64,000 nt of DNA from Penicillus capitatus (taxonomy: Eukaryota > Plantae > Chlorophyta): contig OZ287694.1 of NCBI GenBank assembly GCA_965649825.1, forward strand, positions 619,197 through 683,196. Reading direction: 5' to 3'. The translations under genes were made by a program, and so were the position numbers. The notes under the pieces were generated by a model, which did not search any database, was not told the DNA's origin, and worked only from the letters and a program-made list of their open reading frames with translations. Of the stretch, positions 12,116-24,781 are shown piece by piece (position 1 is the first letter of the stretch; each line of letters starts with the position of its first letter).

Positions 12116-13164
12116 AAGCCCGCCCGTGACGACTCTCTCGGCAACTTTTGACGACTTTCTCCACCGATCACTCTACACCCGTGACGACTTCGCCGGCGAC
12201 TCTTTGACGACTTTGTCGTCCACCCGCCGGATGTCACTGTGGCACTCTGTGGTCGGCAACACTATGTGTTGCATCACGCTATTTATTTGAGTCATGGCTG
12301 CCCATGCGACGTGTTTTGGCGTTCAGGACATCGAGATCAAGCAATGCATTCATTTTCGATTCACGTTTGCTTTAGCGCTGTTTCTATTTTGTTCGTTCCG
12401 TGCCCGAGTCTGTGTTTCATTCACTACCATGTTTCTCCTCCGTCGGACTGATGGTGACAGTACGGAGTTCGTTTTCTGAAAGCTGTCGCTCTTTATCGAA
12501 ACTCCTCGTCAGTTTATCGCATGATCAATACCGACAACGAAGCTGATCCCTACTGAGTGTATTCTCGTCATCTCGATAGAAAGGTCGAGTACAGATGTTT
12601 CTTCTACGTTCCGACGATTGGACTGACTGGCCTCTAGAGCCTCAAGCGGCGTTCGGGATTGGACTGTAAAAGACAGTGGTTGATCATCAGAAAGCTTTTT
12701 GTCAACGAGCTTTAGGAAAAGTTGCACCAAACGGTATCCTTCGAGACTCAATTCGGGAGATCGATGCATTGAACAATACAAATGCTGTCTGTACATGACG
12801 AGCAAAGCTCTACGCTACAAAACGGCAGAGGAAGACCGAACGATGCAACGGACACGTCGAACAAACAAACCAGAGTGAGCAAGTCGTGTCGACCACTCCG
12901 CAGTACGCGAGCCGACACACAATCGAACACAGAACGCTCAATTTCGCCAATGATAACAGCGAACATCGCGGAGAACCACACTGAGAAGTCTCTCCTGTCG
13001 TGTCGGGAAGAGAGCACTTAAAGAACGCAGCGTTTCTCCGTTCCGGGATTCGTTCGAGTTTTACCGAAGTCCGACGCGTGCCGCGATATCGTTTTCTCGC
13101 CCACCAAGGGGACACTAAGTTCCTTTCGCGTACGTTTCGCAGAAGGCAACAACGACGCAGCAGC

Positions 13165-16100
13165 ATGGCACCTTCGATGATGCTCTGGGTATCGCTTCTG
13201 ACCATCTGTGTCGCCACGCTGTGTGCCTCGCAGCCCGACTCTCGCGCTCCCAACGTCGCGGGATCGTCTTCGAGGGCCACCACGAAGTCGACAGGTGAGC
13301 TTTGCACTGCTGCCGTCTCTTCGCGTGTCGGTTCGACTCTTTTGCCGTCTCTCCCGCTAAACGAGACCGAAATCTCACATCTCTCTCTCTGAGTCCTCCC
13401 CTTCTGGAGTAGGCGACGAGTCAGCGGCACTTCCCATGTCCACAGACAGCGGCTCGAAGGAGTCCGACGATGCGAAATCCCACCACGCTGTACATCCTCG
13501 GCATCGACGGCTGCCTGCGGAATTGCGTCTTGTGTTTCCCCAGGCACCCAGATCTGTCCGTTCTCTGCAGCAAAGCCTCGAGGACGCCGGGGAAGAAGGT
13601 CTGAAACCCCGCCGCGGCGGATATACGGCCGTGACGTTGTCTTGAGCAGGTCGGTGTCAGCTGACGAGCAGCGCGATTGCGTCCATCCTCGACGTCGAAA
13701 CCAGAACGTGGCTCATCGACGACCGGCATCTGGACGACATCTCACACGACCTGCAAACTGTCATCGACTGCAGCAGCGACGGAGACACCATTCTCTTCAA
13801 CACCACGCGGCCAATCACGCCTCCAAGACGCATCGAGATTCCATGGAACCTGACCCTCAGTGACGCCGTGGACGCGATCGATCTCGAGAACGGCGTGTTT
13901 CCAAAGTCGGAGTCGCCGACGACGTTCACGTGTCCCGAAGGAGACGGCGTCTTCTCCATAAAGTGAGGATCCCCATCGACCGTGGGACAGGGCGATATCT
14001 TGCATCACCTCACTCGTCGTGTGCGTGCAGGACGGGAACAGCCCTTATCGCAAACATCGTCTTCAAGAACTGCACCCTGGACGAACAGGACGGCGCCATC
14101 GTGCAGCTAGATGAGTGTACATCGAAGGAAGCGAGCGGGACCGTTCGCCTTCACCGCGTGGCGTTTCGCGGACATCGACTGAACGGCACGAGCGCGTTCT
14201 CCTCTGGCGCCGAGTGCGCGTCGGTGGAGATGATCCGCGTCAAGTTCTCTGACAACTCCTGTGGGGACGCATGCTTCGCGCAGCTGGCCGCCGCCGCCGA
14301 CCTGAGACACGTCCGTCTCGAACGAAACGTGCCTGTAGCGAGTCTGGACACAAGACGTCCCGTCTCGCTGCTGCGTCTGCTCGCTGGATCGACGACTAAG
14401 GTCGTCGACATCCAACTAAGCCAGAATGCCGTCGCAGGGGTCCACGTCAGCGATGGGACGTTGAACCTGACCCAGTCGACCTTCGAGCGCAACTCCGAGG
14501 GTCCGACGGTCCGTTTGGACCAGGGCAGTCGAGCACACATTGCCGACTGCGTGTTCCGAGGGAACGAGGCGTCGATTCAGAGAGCGGAAGAGACGCTGCC
14601 CGAGTCGCTGCTCGCCTTCGAGAGCAGCGGGTTCAGATGCGTGCCCGTCACGATGACGCGGGGAAGCGCTCTCTTGTCGTTCGACAGCGACGTCAGAGTG
14701 AAGGGCTGCGAGTTTAGGAACAACAAGGTGCACGGAGACGCCAGCGGAATCTTCGCATCGGGCGGCACTCTGGAAGTCGACGCGTGCAGCTTCAGAGACA
14801 ACTCCGCGACTAAGGCCGGAGGCGCCGTCTATCTGCTCAACGCGCTGGCTCTGTTCGATAACGTCGTCTGCGTCGATAACAGCGCCGAAGACGGTGGTGG
14901 ATGTCTCTTCGCCGAGAACGCCACTGGCTGGATCGTCGACTCGCGTCTGAAAGGCAATTCGGCTTCAAAGGGAGGCGCTCTCTGCGTCAAGAAGTCCACC
15001 GAGATGCAGATCCAGAACAGCTCCTTCGTCGGCAATAGCGCTGAGGAGAGCGGCGGGGGAGCCCACGTCCAGGCCGAGCTCTGTCGCTTCGTCGAATGCC
15101 GGTTCGAGAGGAACAAGGCAAGGACGGGAGGCGGCCTGAACGTCGACAAAGACAGTGTCGTCCGCATCGAGCGCTCCACCTTCGTTCAGAACAATGCGTC
15201 CGATTCTGGCGGCGGCATGTCGAGCGAGAGAAGCGTCGTAGAACTGGAGGCCATCGAGCTGACAGGCAACCGCGCAAGCAGTCAGGGCGGAGCCGTCCGG
15301 GTAAAGGAAGAATCGACGATCCGTGTTCGGGATTCGCAGTTCCGGGAGAACAGTGCCAGGATATACGGCGGGGCGATGGTGGTGCAGAACAGCAAGGGGA
15401 CGCTCTCCGGATGCGAGGTCGAGAGGAACGTGGCGGACATCGGCGGAGGAATCGAGCTGTCGCGCACGTCCTCCCTCGAGATCCGAAACAACTCCGAATT
15501 CGTCGAAAACCGAGCGAGAAATGGAGTGGGCGGCGGAATCGACTGTCAAGGCCGAAGCGAGTTAAAAATCTCGGACGCCGAATTTCGGGACAACAATGCA
15601 TCGCGTCAAGGAGGGGCCATCTTCCTGTACGTGTCCTCTCTAAACGGGGAGCGTCTGGTGATGCTGGATAACGTCTGCGGGGATATGGGCGCTGGGGTGT
15701 TTCTCTACGGCAAAAGCACGGCGGAGTTCTCTGACTCGCTTTTCCAGCAAAATCGAGCAGAGTACGGAGGGGCAGTCTTTGTGCGCGAGTCGCAGGTACA
15801 CGTGCGTGGTAGCAAGTTCTTTGATTGTCGAGCAGAGAAGAATGGAGGCGGCGTCTATATCGAATCCCAATCCGTTGTCGTTTTCGAAGGCTCTGCTTCC
15901 GAGTTTTTGTGGAACATCGCCGCAGGGGGCGAGGGCGGCGGTGTGTACTGCTCGGATGGAAACCTGACGGGAGAATCGCTGAGCTTCGTGAAGAACTATG
16001 CTGCCGATGGAGGCGGGATCGCGATGAACATGGAATGCGAGGCAACGCTGTCTCTTGTGAACTTCAGAGCGAACAATGCCTCTCGTGGCGGAGGCCTCTA

Positions 16101-19100
16101 CGTCACAGGAGGGTCCAGAGTGGACCTGCGCAGCGGGTCGTTCGAAGACAGCCAGACTTCCGAGATGGGAGCCGCCATCCACGTCGAGCTTTCCTCTCTT
16201 AAGCTTCGCGGCGCCACGTTCCTGAACGGAACCTCCCAGACAGGCGGATTCGTCACGTGTCGGGGAGCCGACGTGACGATCAGGAATTCGCAGGCGGACA
16301 TCGGCCTGGCGAGTGAAACTGGAGGATTCATGGACGCAAGCGAGAGCAGCAACGTCTCCATCGCCAATCTGTCCCTCAGCGGCATGCGTGCCAAGACAGG
16401 CGGCGCATTTCACCTTGCAGCGTCCAACCTGCGTGCCAGAGGGCTTAGAGTGAACGGATCCTCGGCGGAGGAATCGGGTGGCGGGATTCACGCAGATCAA
16501 GGGTCGTCTATTCTCTGCCTCAAATGCGCCTTCGAGGGGAACGCAGCTGGCCGTTCCGGAGGCGGCGTCTCGATCGCATCCGCAGAACCGCAGCAGCTGG
16601 TCTACCAGTTCGACGGGTGTCACTTCAGCAACAACAGCGCCACACTCGGAGGTGCGTCGATCCTGCATCTCTGGGAGGAACGGATCGAGAGTGTTGCGGT
16701 GTAGGTGGGATTCACTACCTGAGCAATCACACGGCACCGGACTGTGGCAGACCGGAGGCCAACTGCACCCTGGTCGCCCTGGGCGGCGTTGAGCTCAAGA
16801 ACAACAGTGCCGAGTGCGGCGGCGGCATCTTCACGAGCGACCCGACAGCGTTCAGATTCCGCTGCCCGGAACATCACGAACGAGACGAGCTGGGGTTCTA
16901 TAGCGAAAGGGAGCTGGATGGAATGCGCGTTCTCAGATCCGATAAAGACCTCTGCGCCGGCGCGTGGTCCGGCAACACGGAGATCAACTTCGGACCCGAC
17001 GTCGCCACCTACGCCCGTCGCATCCTGTGGTTCATAGAGGACGCGAGTGGACCTGAGGCGGAGACGATCCAGATAGAGGAAACCCGCAAACGCATCGACT
17101 ACAAGAGCGGCGAGCCGCTTCCGAAGATCCGCCTCGAGGTGGTCGACGCGTTTGGCCAAGGACCTGCCTTCGGAGCGGGCAATGCCACGGTGGCGGCGGT
17201 GATGTGGTCTCCCTCGACGGACCCGTCCAAGAGCAATGCGCTCTTTCCGGGCAACGTCAGTCTGCTCATGGTGGACGGCACCGCAGAGTTTTCCGAGATC
17301 CGCGGCCTCCAGACGCCGAACGACTGCCTCGTGCGGATCGACTTCAGCGAAGACGCGCTGCCGACTCTGGAGATCGACGTGACCGTCCGGGATTGCATCA
17401 TAGGAGAGGCGCCGAACAACGATCGGACCCTCTGCGTCCCGTGCTCCCAGAGACAGTGCAGGGTGTCGAAGAAAGACGACCAGTGTCAGCCGTGCCCCGA
17501 GAATGCAAACTGCTCGTCCATAAACGTCATCCAGCCCAACAGAAAGTACTGGCACCGCCATCCGTGCTCGGTGCACATGCAGGAGTGCCTGAGCCGAACG
17601 GCGTGCGACTTCGATCGCGAGGAGGGACTAACGACTGTCACGGCAGAGATGCAGGACTGCACATTCAGCCAAACGATGGATGAAGATTACAGCCAGACGC
17701 AATGCCGAGAGGTGCCGTGCCTTCTCCCGTCGTCCCCTGTGCACTCTGACTACTTCTTTCTCAGGGCTACACCGGGCTGTTGTGTGGAGACTGCGAGGCT
17801 GGTTACGGTCACAGTTCTTCGTTCGACTGCGATCAATGCGACACGGGTCTCAGCATCGCGACCCTGGCGATCTCCATCATGCTGGTGCTGGCTCTCAGCA
17901 GCTTTGCCATCCGAAGCAGTCTGGTCCCGGTGCAGAATCCTCGACGCGACGCTAGAGCCAGTCGTCGAAGGATGTCGCGACGCTTTATCGGAGTAGCAAC
18001 CTCGGCTCCAGCCAGCATCCAGCTGGCGCCACTCGTCTCGCGCAGCAACCCTCCACCGAGATCGAGGCACACGCAGAACGAAGCGAGCCAGGAGGACGGG
18101 GGCGAGAGCTCGGCCGTGATGGCCAAGTGGAAAACGGTCGAGATCTTCAAGGTGAGGCTCCGCGAGCACGTTCTCACGATCACCGCTTGCATTTGCAGAT
18201 CACCATCAATTTTCTGCAAGTGATGTCGGTGGCGATCTACATCAACGCGAACTGGACGTCGTCGTCGACATCCCTCATCTCAGCAACAGGTCACGCCTCT
18301 CAGCGCTCTTCCGCAGGGAGTGCTCACGATTCGTGTGGATCTCAGACGCGGTCGGCGGCATGATGTCGGGAAGGGCGTCTTTCTCTGCCGAGTGTCTCGC
18401 GCCGGCGAACGCAGTCGTCGCACGGCCGGTCATTCGAGCCATCATCAGCTTCGCCATTCCCGTCGTCGCCGTTCTCCTCTACGGCATCTTCTGGCTGTGC
18501 ATGGCGTGCAGATCCGCCGAGGGCTGGCACTACTTCAAGAAGAGATGGCTGCTGAGCGTCGTCGCCGTCGCCTACCTCACCTACGTCTGGATCACGAAGA
18601 CCGCCGCCAACACCCTCTACTGCATTAGAGTGCACGATTCCGTCGACGTGGACGTCGACACCATGCATCGCTACTGGTCGCAGGACACATCCTTGCGCTG
18701 CTACAGAGGCCCCCACGCCGTTCTCGCCTTCACACTGGGCTGGCCGGTGATCGCCGCCTTCACGGTCGGATTCCCCGCCTTCCTGTACTACAATCTGCAC
18801 AACAGTCGCAGCTCCGATGGCCGACCGGCGGCCGTCTTCATGGAGATCGCCGCCTTTCTGTACCGAGCCTACTCGGACGACTTCAGATACTGGGAGCTGG
18901 TCATCATGTGTCGCAAGACGCTGCTCACCGTCGTCGCTGTGTTCGGCTACCACCTCGGATTCAATCTCCAGGCCGTTCTCGCCGTGTGCGTTCTGACGAC
19001 GGCGCTCTATCTCCACATCAGTGCCCGTCCCTTCAGAAAGGAGTTTGACGCACTGAACGCCTACGAAGGGGCGTCTCTGTTCGTCTCCAACATCACCTTC

Positions 19101-19403
19101 GTTTTGGCGCTCCTCTACGACGACAATCGCACTCGGGATGCCACGAAGACCTTCTTGAATCTCTTGCTCTGTGCGCTGGTCGGCGGGCTGTTTCTCACGT
19201 TTTTCTGCCTGTTTGTTCAGTCCGGGTTGATACACCTGCGTCTGGTTCTCGAGGAGGAAGGAATCATTGACGACGCCCAGCGGCAGAAGTCGATTGCGAT
19301 CGTCAAGACGTTCGTGACGACGACGTTGGAGCAGTGTTGGTCGCAGATGAAGAAGATGAGCTTCAAGACGAAACCAAGCTCGGAGGAAGAAGAGGCCTTG
19401 TGA
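13165..19403 (+). CDS. Large cell-surface receptor/adhesin: signal peptide, POMP-like parallel beta-helix repeats, Cys-rich stalk, multi-pass TM domain
   Basis: Signal peptide MAPSMMLWVSLLTICVATLCASQ. The 924-aa ORF has many FxxNxA..GGA/GGG repeats. Cys-rich CQPCPENANC and GYTGLLCGDC follow. ORF 18333..19403 has several TM segments and FLYRAYSDDFRYWELVIMCRK. Exons join by GT-AG introns with no obvious frame defect. Confidence 0.9.
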
Positions 19404-19962
19404 ACTCGCCTCCGAACGGCTGACCCTTTCCATCGTGCCTGTGCAGACTCTCGAACTCTTATATCTATGCTTAAGTCAAGTGCGCTTTTAACTAAGATAG
19501 ATTCAAATAAACGAACGGGTGGTGGGTGCTTAAGTTTGTACATGAAAACCGTCTGCCCTTGTTATAGTTGACGTTTCGTGCAGCGAAAGTCGCGTCTTTA
19601 CTGACGTCTGTTTCGCGTCTGCTCGTTCGCGGTCGAAAGTGAAGACAGTGGTCGAAACGTCCCTGCGTTAGACGGCGGCGTCTTTCTCGCTGAATGCATG
19701 GGCAGTAGTAAATCCGTCTCGGTGATCACGATGAGCGGCCGAGAGTCGAGTAAACGACGGATTTGAAGTACAAGTCTGGAGTACGGTTAGAGCATGGGAA
19801 TAAAGTCCGACTGCTTAGTCCGCAAGTCAGTTGTAGTGTGCTTTGTTGAATCGAGGCTTTTCAGTCGGAGAGAACTCGGAGTCTTCAAAGTTCGAAAGAA
19901 AGTCTCGGTTGCGACATCTCTAGAATGGCTGCCTTACGCAGACGCGACGTGCCACTCGTACG

Positions 19963-21094
19963 ATGCTCCACGCCGCGTTCCGTGTCTTGAGTTTTCCGTG
20001 CGATTCAGGTGCTGCCGCTGGTGTGCCTTCTTCTGAGCGGAGCCGACTTTGCGATTGCGGCGAGAACACTGCCGGCGCCGCGCTTCGGTTTCAGGTATCG
20101 TCTCTGCGCAAAAATGCGTATCACGAACGAAGTCGGTTTGTACAGTGGGATTGATGCCTCGCATATCGAGGCATCGTTGAGAAGCAGTGGCAGGTCTCTC
20201 AAGAACGACTGCGCTGCGAAGGAGTGTTCGGATCTCGAGGAGACGCCGGAGGCCAATGCCCCGGACGCGGCAGTTGCGATGTTCCACGAAGCGACCGAGG
20301 CAGAAGAGACGGAACGAGCATCAGATACAGTTACTGCAGCAGAAGCCCTGGACCTACCACCAACCGAAGCCGGCGATGCGGCAGTGGCTCTGCCACAGGA
20401 ATCGACGGTTCTTGCGATCGCTGGTGGTCCAGTAGGAGAGACAGATGCAGATGCTGCTTCCGCTATGGCGCCCGCTTCTCCCGAAAACTCCGTGTTGTTG
20501 AACACTGTCCTCTCGCCAGATGGCAGACTCGACGTTCCTGTTGCACAGCCAACACCACTGGATGAAGATCAAAGGGAGACGTTGGACGATTCGAATGAAG
20601 ATTTCGTTGCCTCCTCGTCCACATTAGCCGTAGAGAGTTCTACCACTGGCAAGTCCCCGTCAACGATGACATCAACAATTGTCCCAGTCCAAGACTCAAA
20701 ATATTCGGATGAAACGGTGAAGCTGGCTGAAGATCCATCCTTGAAGTCGAAACTCTCTACTCTTCTTGATGGGGATCTCGAAGAACCGACAAGATTTGAA
20801 GGCGGAATGGAGCCATTTGAGGCGCCACTGGAAGAACCATCATCAGCAGAACCATCTGTCCCGTCCGCAGTGGAACCGGATACGGAGCCAGTAGAGGAAC
20901 CGGACTCTGCGCCAGCTCTACAGGAGAGTGTCGTTCAGCGGACTCCTGTAGACAAACTACGGAAGAATGGACCGAAACCGAAACCACCAAGTCCAAGTGG
21001 AATTGTCGTTATCAGCGACGGAAATCCTGTGCCAATGATTCCCAGAGATCCTCCCAAACCCGCAGGCGCTATCGTCGAAGCATTCCCTCGTTGA
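19963..21094 (+). CDS. Acidic Pro/Ser/Glu-rich probably secreted protein (family member 2, divergent C-terminal motif)
   Basis: 361-aa open frame with hydrophobic N-terminus (VLPLVCLLLSGADFAIAAR) and an acidic body, ending SGIVVISDGNPVPMIPRDPPKPAGAIVEAFPR. Start codon and first intron uncertain. Confidence 0.65.
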
Positions 21095-22241
21095 CGGCAA
21101 GACATTCCCTCTCTAGTCCTTACAGAACATAAGATTCGCGTGCTAAACGTATCGAACCAGTCGGATAGTCTAAAACGCTTGTGGCTGACAGCCACAGAAT
21201 CAAACGCTCTGTTAGTGAATTAAACTGTCAAGACACAATGACTCTTTAGATACGTACGACAAACGGATACAGTCGCGCGATCGATCTTACACCTCACCAC
21301 GCAACAGTCATTCAACACCAGACACCGCATCAGAAGGGCTAAAGATGCTTCGTCATTTCCCCACGATGCATCGAAGAGAAGATGTCTCACAATCCGTCGT
21401 CGAACTGAATGGAATGTAATTAATAGCAAAGATGGATCTGCCTTTATAACCACATCTCGAAAAATGTTAGCATGGCAGAAGAGCAAGGGCTTCTTTACGG
21501 CTGTGTGCACTTCGAAGAGCGCCTCTCGTCGAAGCCATCACTTTCGAGAGCGCACTTTGGCTCGGACGTTCGCCATGCGTTGCAGGAAGAGCAAAAGAAA
21601 GTGAGTTGACCTGGCCGCCAGCGCTTGTTTGAAAGATGACATGCCGTAACGTTATTCTCTCAAGTGAACCCTCAATGTTCTGCTTGTCGCGGAATCTGGT
21701 CAAAACGACGTCGTTTGCTCAAAACGAGAACAGGTGCGCGGAAAAGAGATCTCTGTCCTCTCTGCTGTCGACGAACGTGCCTTTATGTAAGCAAGCGTCT
21801 GCAGACCATGCCTCATTGTTTCCACAAAGCAAACCTGTCACATCGCTGCCGGGGTCTTCTGAAACGGGCGTATCCGTCAGCGCCGTCATTTAAACGAACA
21901 CGCACTGAATCCGAGAAGCACTCGTTCAGTCACTATAGACTGGAAACAGGCTCCGTGTCGACTTGCTTACGATTGGTTCCTTCGATGATTTCTGCGACCA
22001 AAACAGTCTTCTTTCTGGTGCTGTCACGCAGAATCTCGATAGGAACCGTTTAACGTCAGGTGCTGCTCAGGCGATTCTGGCTATTCAGTGCTCCGCGCCT
22101 CCACCTTTAAGTACCTCTAACCTTCTGCCGTGACTTACTTTGCTGAACCGTTCCTGGCCTCAGTGCGCAGGGGCGGACCAAAGACAGACTCCGTTTATTT
22201 CTTACTTGATAGCGGACTTTGCGAATGACATTCCTCTGTAG

Positions 22242-23140
22242 GTGACGGCATCTGGCAGGTCTCTGATGAAAGCGTGCAGCGGGCAAGACTGCAAACCAGA
22301 GGACTTCGTGGAGGAGACCGGTATCCCAAGCACCGCTCTGCCCTCCCTTGCAGAAGAATCCGATGCACAAACGGCGGCCTGCCCATCTGCAGATTCTATA
22401 GAATCCGCGATGGGACACGATAAGGACCTGGTTGCTTGTGATGCTGCAGCAACCGTCCAAAGTGCTGCCGATTATTGTCATGAAAGCATGGATCGAGAAG
22501 AGATGTCATCCACGGTGTCTGTCGAAGGTATCTATGACCAACTCTAGATGCAAACGGAAAACAGACTGTAGATACGGACGCTTCGCTGGCAGAGGTGACT
22601 TTGTGCTCTGCATCCGCACTGGATATCGTCGATGCCGATGTGCTACTGACAGATGATTCGACGGGACTGGAAGATCTGATGGATCTGTACGAAGCGATGG
22701 GAATAACTTCAGATCAAGCTCACAGATCGCTTTCGTTCTTAGAATCTATGGATGCCCTAATCGAAGCATCTGTCGGAATAGCATCTCTCGAAACATTCGA
22801 TGACTATGCGCAGGATTCCGATTATGCGCCAGAGGAGTCTGCGCCATCTTCCGATTATGCTCCGGAGTCTGCGCCATCTTCCGATTATGCTCCGGAGTCT
22901 GCGCCATCTTCCGATTATGCTCCGGAGTCTGTGGCAGAACCTGCGTCATTTCCACTCCCCGATACAGTCACTCCGATTCCTGTCATAGACGCAACAATTC
23001 AGAGCTCCCCTAGAAACACTCCCCCGAGCGCCACCAAGGATAATGGAATTGTCGGCGTGGGTCAGCCGGTGCAGCCACTGAATGACACCAGACCTGATCC
23101 ACAGGCCTTTATTGCAGCAGTAAAGCAGTATAGCAGCTGA
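22242..23140 (+). CDS. Acidic protein with SSDYAPESAP repeats and shared C-terminal motif (family member 3; 5' exons upstream unresolved)
   Basis: Exonic ORFs 22242..22547 (begins after a CTGTAG acceptor) and 22595..23140, ending TPPSATKDNGIVGVGQPVQPLNDTRPDPQAFIAAVKQYSS. A hydrophobic MISATKTVFFLV at 21985 may be the signal-peptide exon. Confidence 0.7.
22818..22932 (+). repeat. 30-bp coding tandem repeat (~3.8 copies; SSDYAPESAP)
   Basis: TTCCGATTATGCTCCGGAGTCTGCGCCATC repeated head to tail in frame. Confidence 0.95.
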
Positions 23141-24781
23141 ATTTTGGAACATTAAAACGATCAGAGAATGAAAACACAGTTGCGAAACATTTCTATTGCG
23201 ACTCGAATGTTATCGATTAAATTCGCTCCAAGCGCATATTTGTTTAGCACTCTTTGGACAAACAGAGCCGGTTCAGTAAAAATGACAACATCCGAACAGT
23301 TCGTAGCAATCGCCGGCAGATGTGCACGGTATCGACCAGCGAACGAACACACGCACCAACCTTACTTCATGCATACGGTCGCGGTTTCGGTCTACTCAGA
23401 TAGACATAGCCAGCCACTCGTCGAGTAAAGAATTGAAAGAGTATCTAAGACTCGCGCTATGAGTCTGGTTGGTCTATTGTTTGGTCAACGTAACGCTTTC
23501 CGAAGGTCGATCACAGTGGAAGTATATGTCTCCTCTCGTATCATCTAATCAGGCCTTCGGCTGTTTAGAATACAATTTACGACAGTATGCGCAGACAGCA
23601 GATCACAAAGAGGACTGGAACTGCAGCAGAATGGAGTGTGTCGAAAGCTTCGGCTTTCCGAAACCACCTAGCGTATTTGCCAACAGATATGGCACCGAAA
23701 TAGTTTCTCAGTCAGGGTATTGAAGCAGCAGAGTGCGAGTTGTACACCAAAGAAGCTCCTTGACGCCGCAGAACGGACGAGTGTCAAATAGAATGATTGC
23801 GCTGCAGACTCGACGGTGACTTTCATGACTGACTCCTAACAGCAACCGGAAGGGCCTGCGATTTGAGAAGGGCTGTTGTCTTCGCCTAAGCCATCTAGTC
23901 ATGAATGCCATCCGATAAGTGCGGTAGAGCACACAAGTCGTCTTTCAGTTCCATCACTCTGTTCTCCACTCCGTCCATCTCACAAACAATTCCGTGAAAA
24001 ACATCGTGTGGCTTGCCCATTCTCACTACCCTGAGATGATTGCATCGAGAATGCATGATCCGTGGACATCTGTCGGGTTCTTCTCGATGTCACAGCATGA
24101 AGAGTGGGGGAGGTGGTGAGGTAGGTGTCCCGCACGCAGTTCCGGTCTGTTAAAGAAGAAAGCCTTCTAGGCAAACATTCACTTCTTCTTTCAACCTACG
24201 CTTCCGCTCCGCAAGCACAGTGTTCGCGACGTTGATGACGGCAGGGGAAGTCCGATGGTGTCGTCTTGTCGAATTCGTCGACGAAAACTGACTAACGCTT
24301 CCAAGACGAAGATCGGGAAACGGCAAGAAAGGGGAGACCTTAAGAATGGAGCTAGCACGACGAGATTCTGTCGACGACGGTTTCGGAGTGTTGTTGTGTT
24401 CATGCCGACAATGACGTTGCTTGACTTTTCTGGCAAATGCCAAACGTCTGCATACAAAACCGTTTCGCATACGAATGCATAGAACCTTCGACCGACGAAG
24501 TCGTCTGCACGCAATTTTGTCGTCGGCAACGCCGTTGAGGCTAATCTCGTTCGATTATCGCGAGGAGAGGCGAGAGGCGCGGCGTTTTCGTCACGTCACA
24601 TACTTAAAAGTGTCACAGAGAAAGCGTATGGCTCACCCTATAAGGTGCATAATGCAGGTCATTCTCTTCGGCAAGGAAAAGGAGGAAAAGTCCCGTCACA
24701 GCTTAGAATATTGAGCCCGGTTTGCGAGCTCAGCTTGCAAAAAGAAAAGACTATCTATCTTGCTAATGGATGTCGATCAGC

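Noticed and set aside
14100-19450. Long antisense and alternate-frame ORFs over the receptor genes (also 27877-30970)
   Set aside because: They are shadows of GC-rich or repetitive coding sequence with no independent motifs.
24150-24470. bHLH basic region (VLAERKRR)
   Set aside because: No helix-loop-helix continuation in any splice phase I tried.
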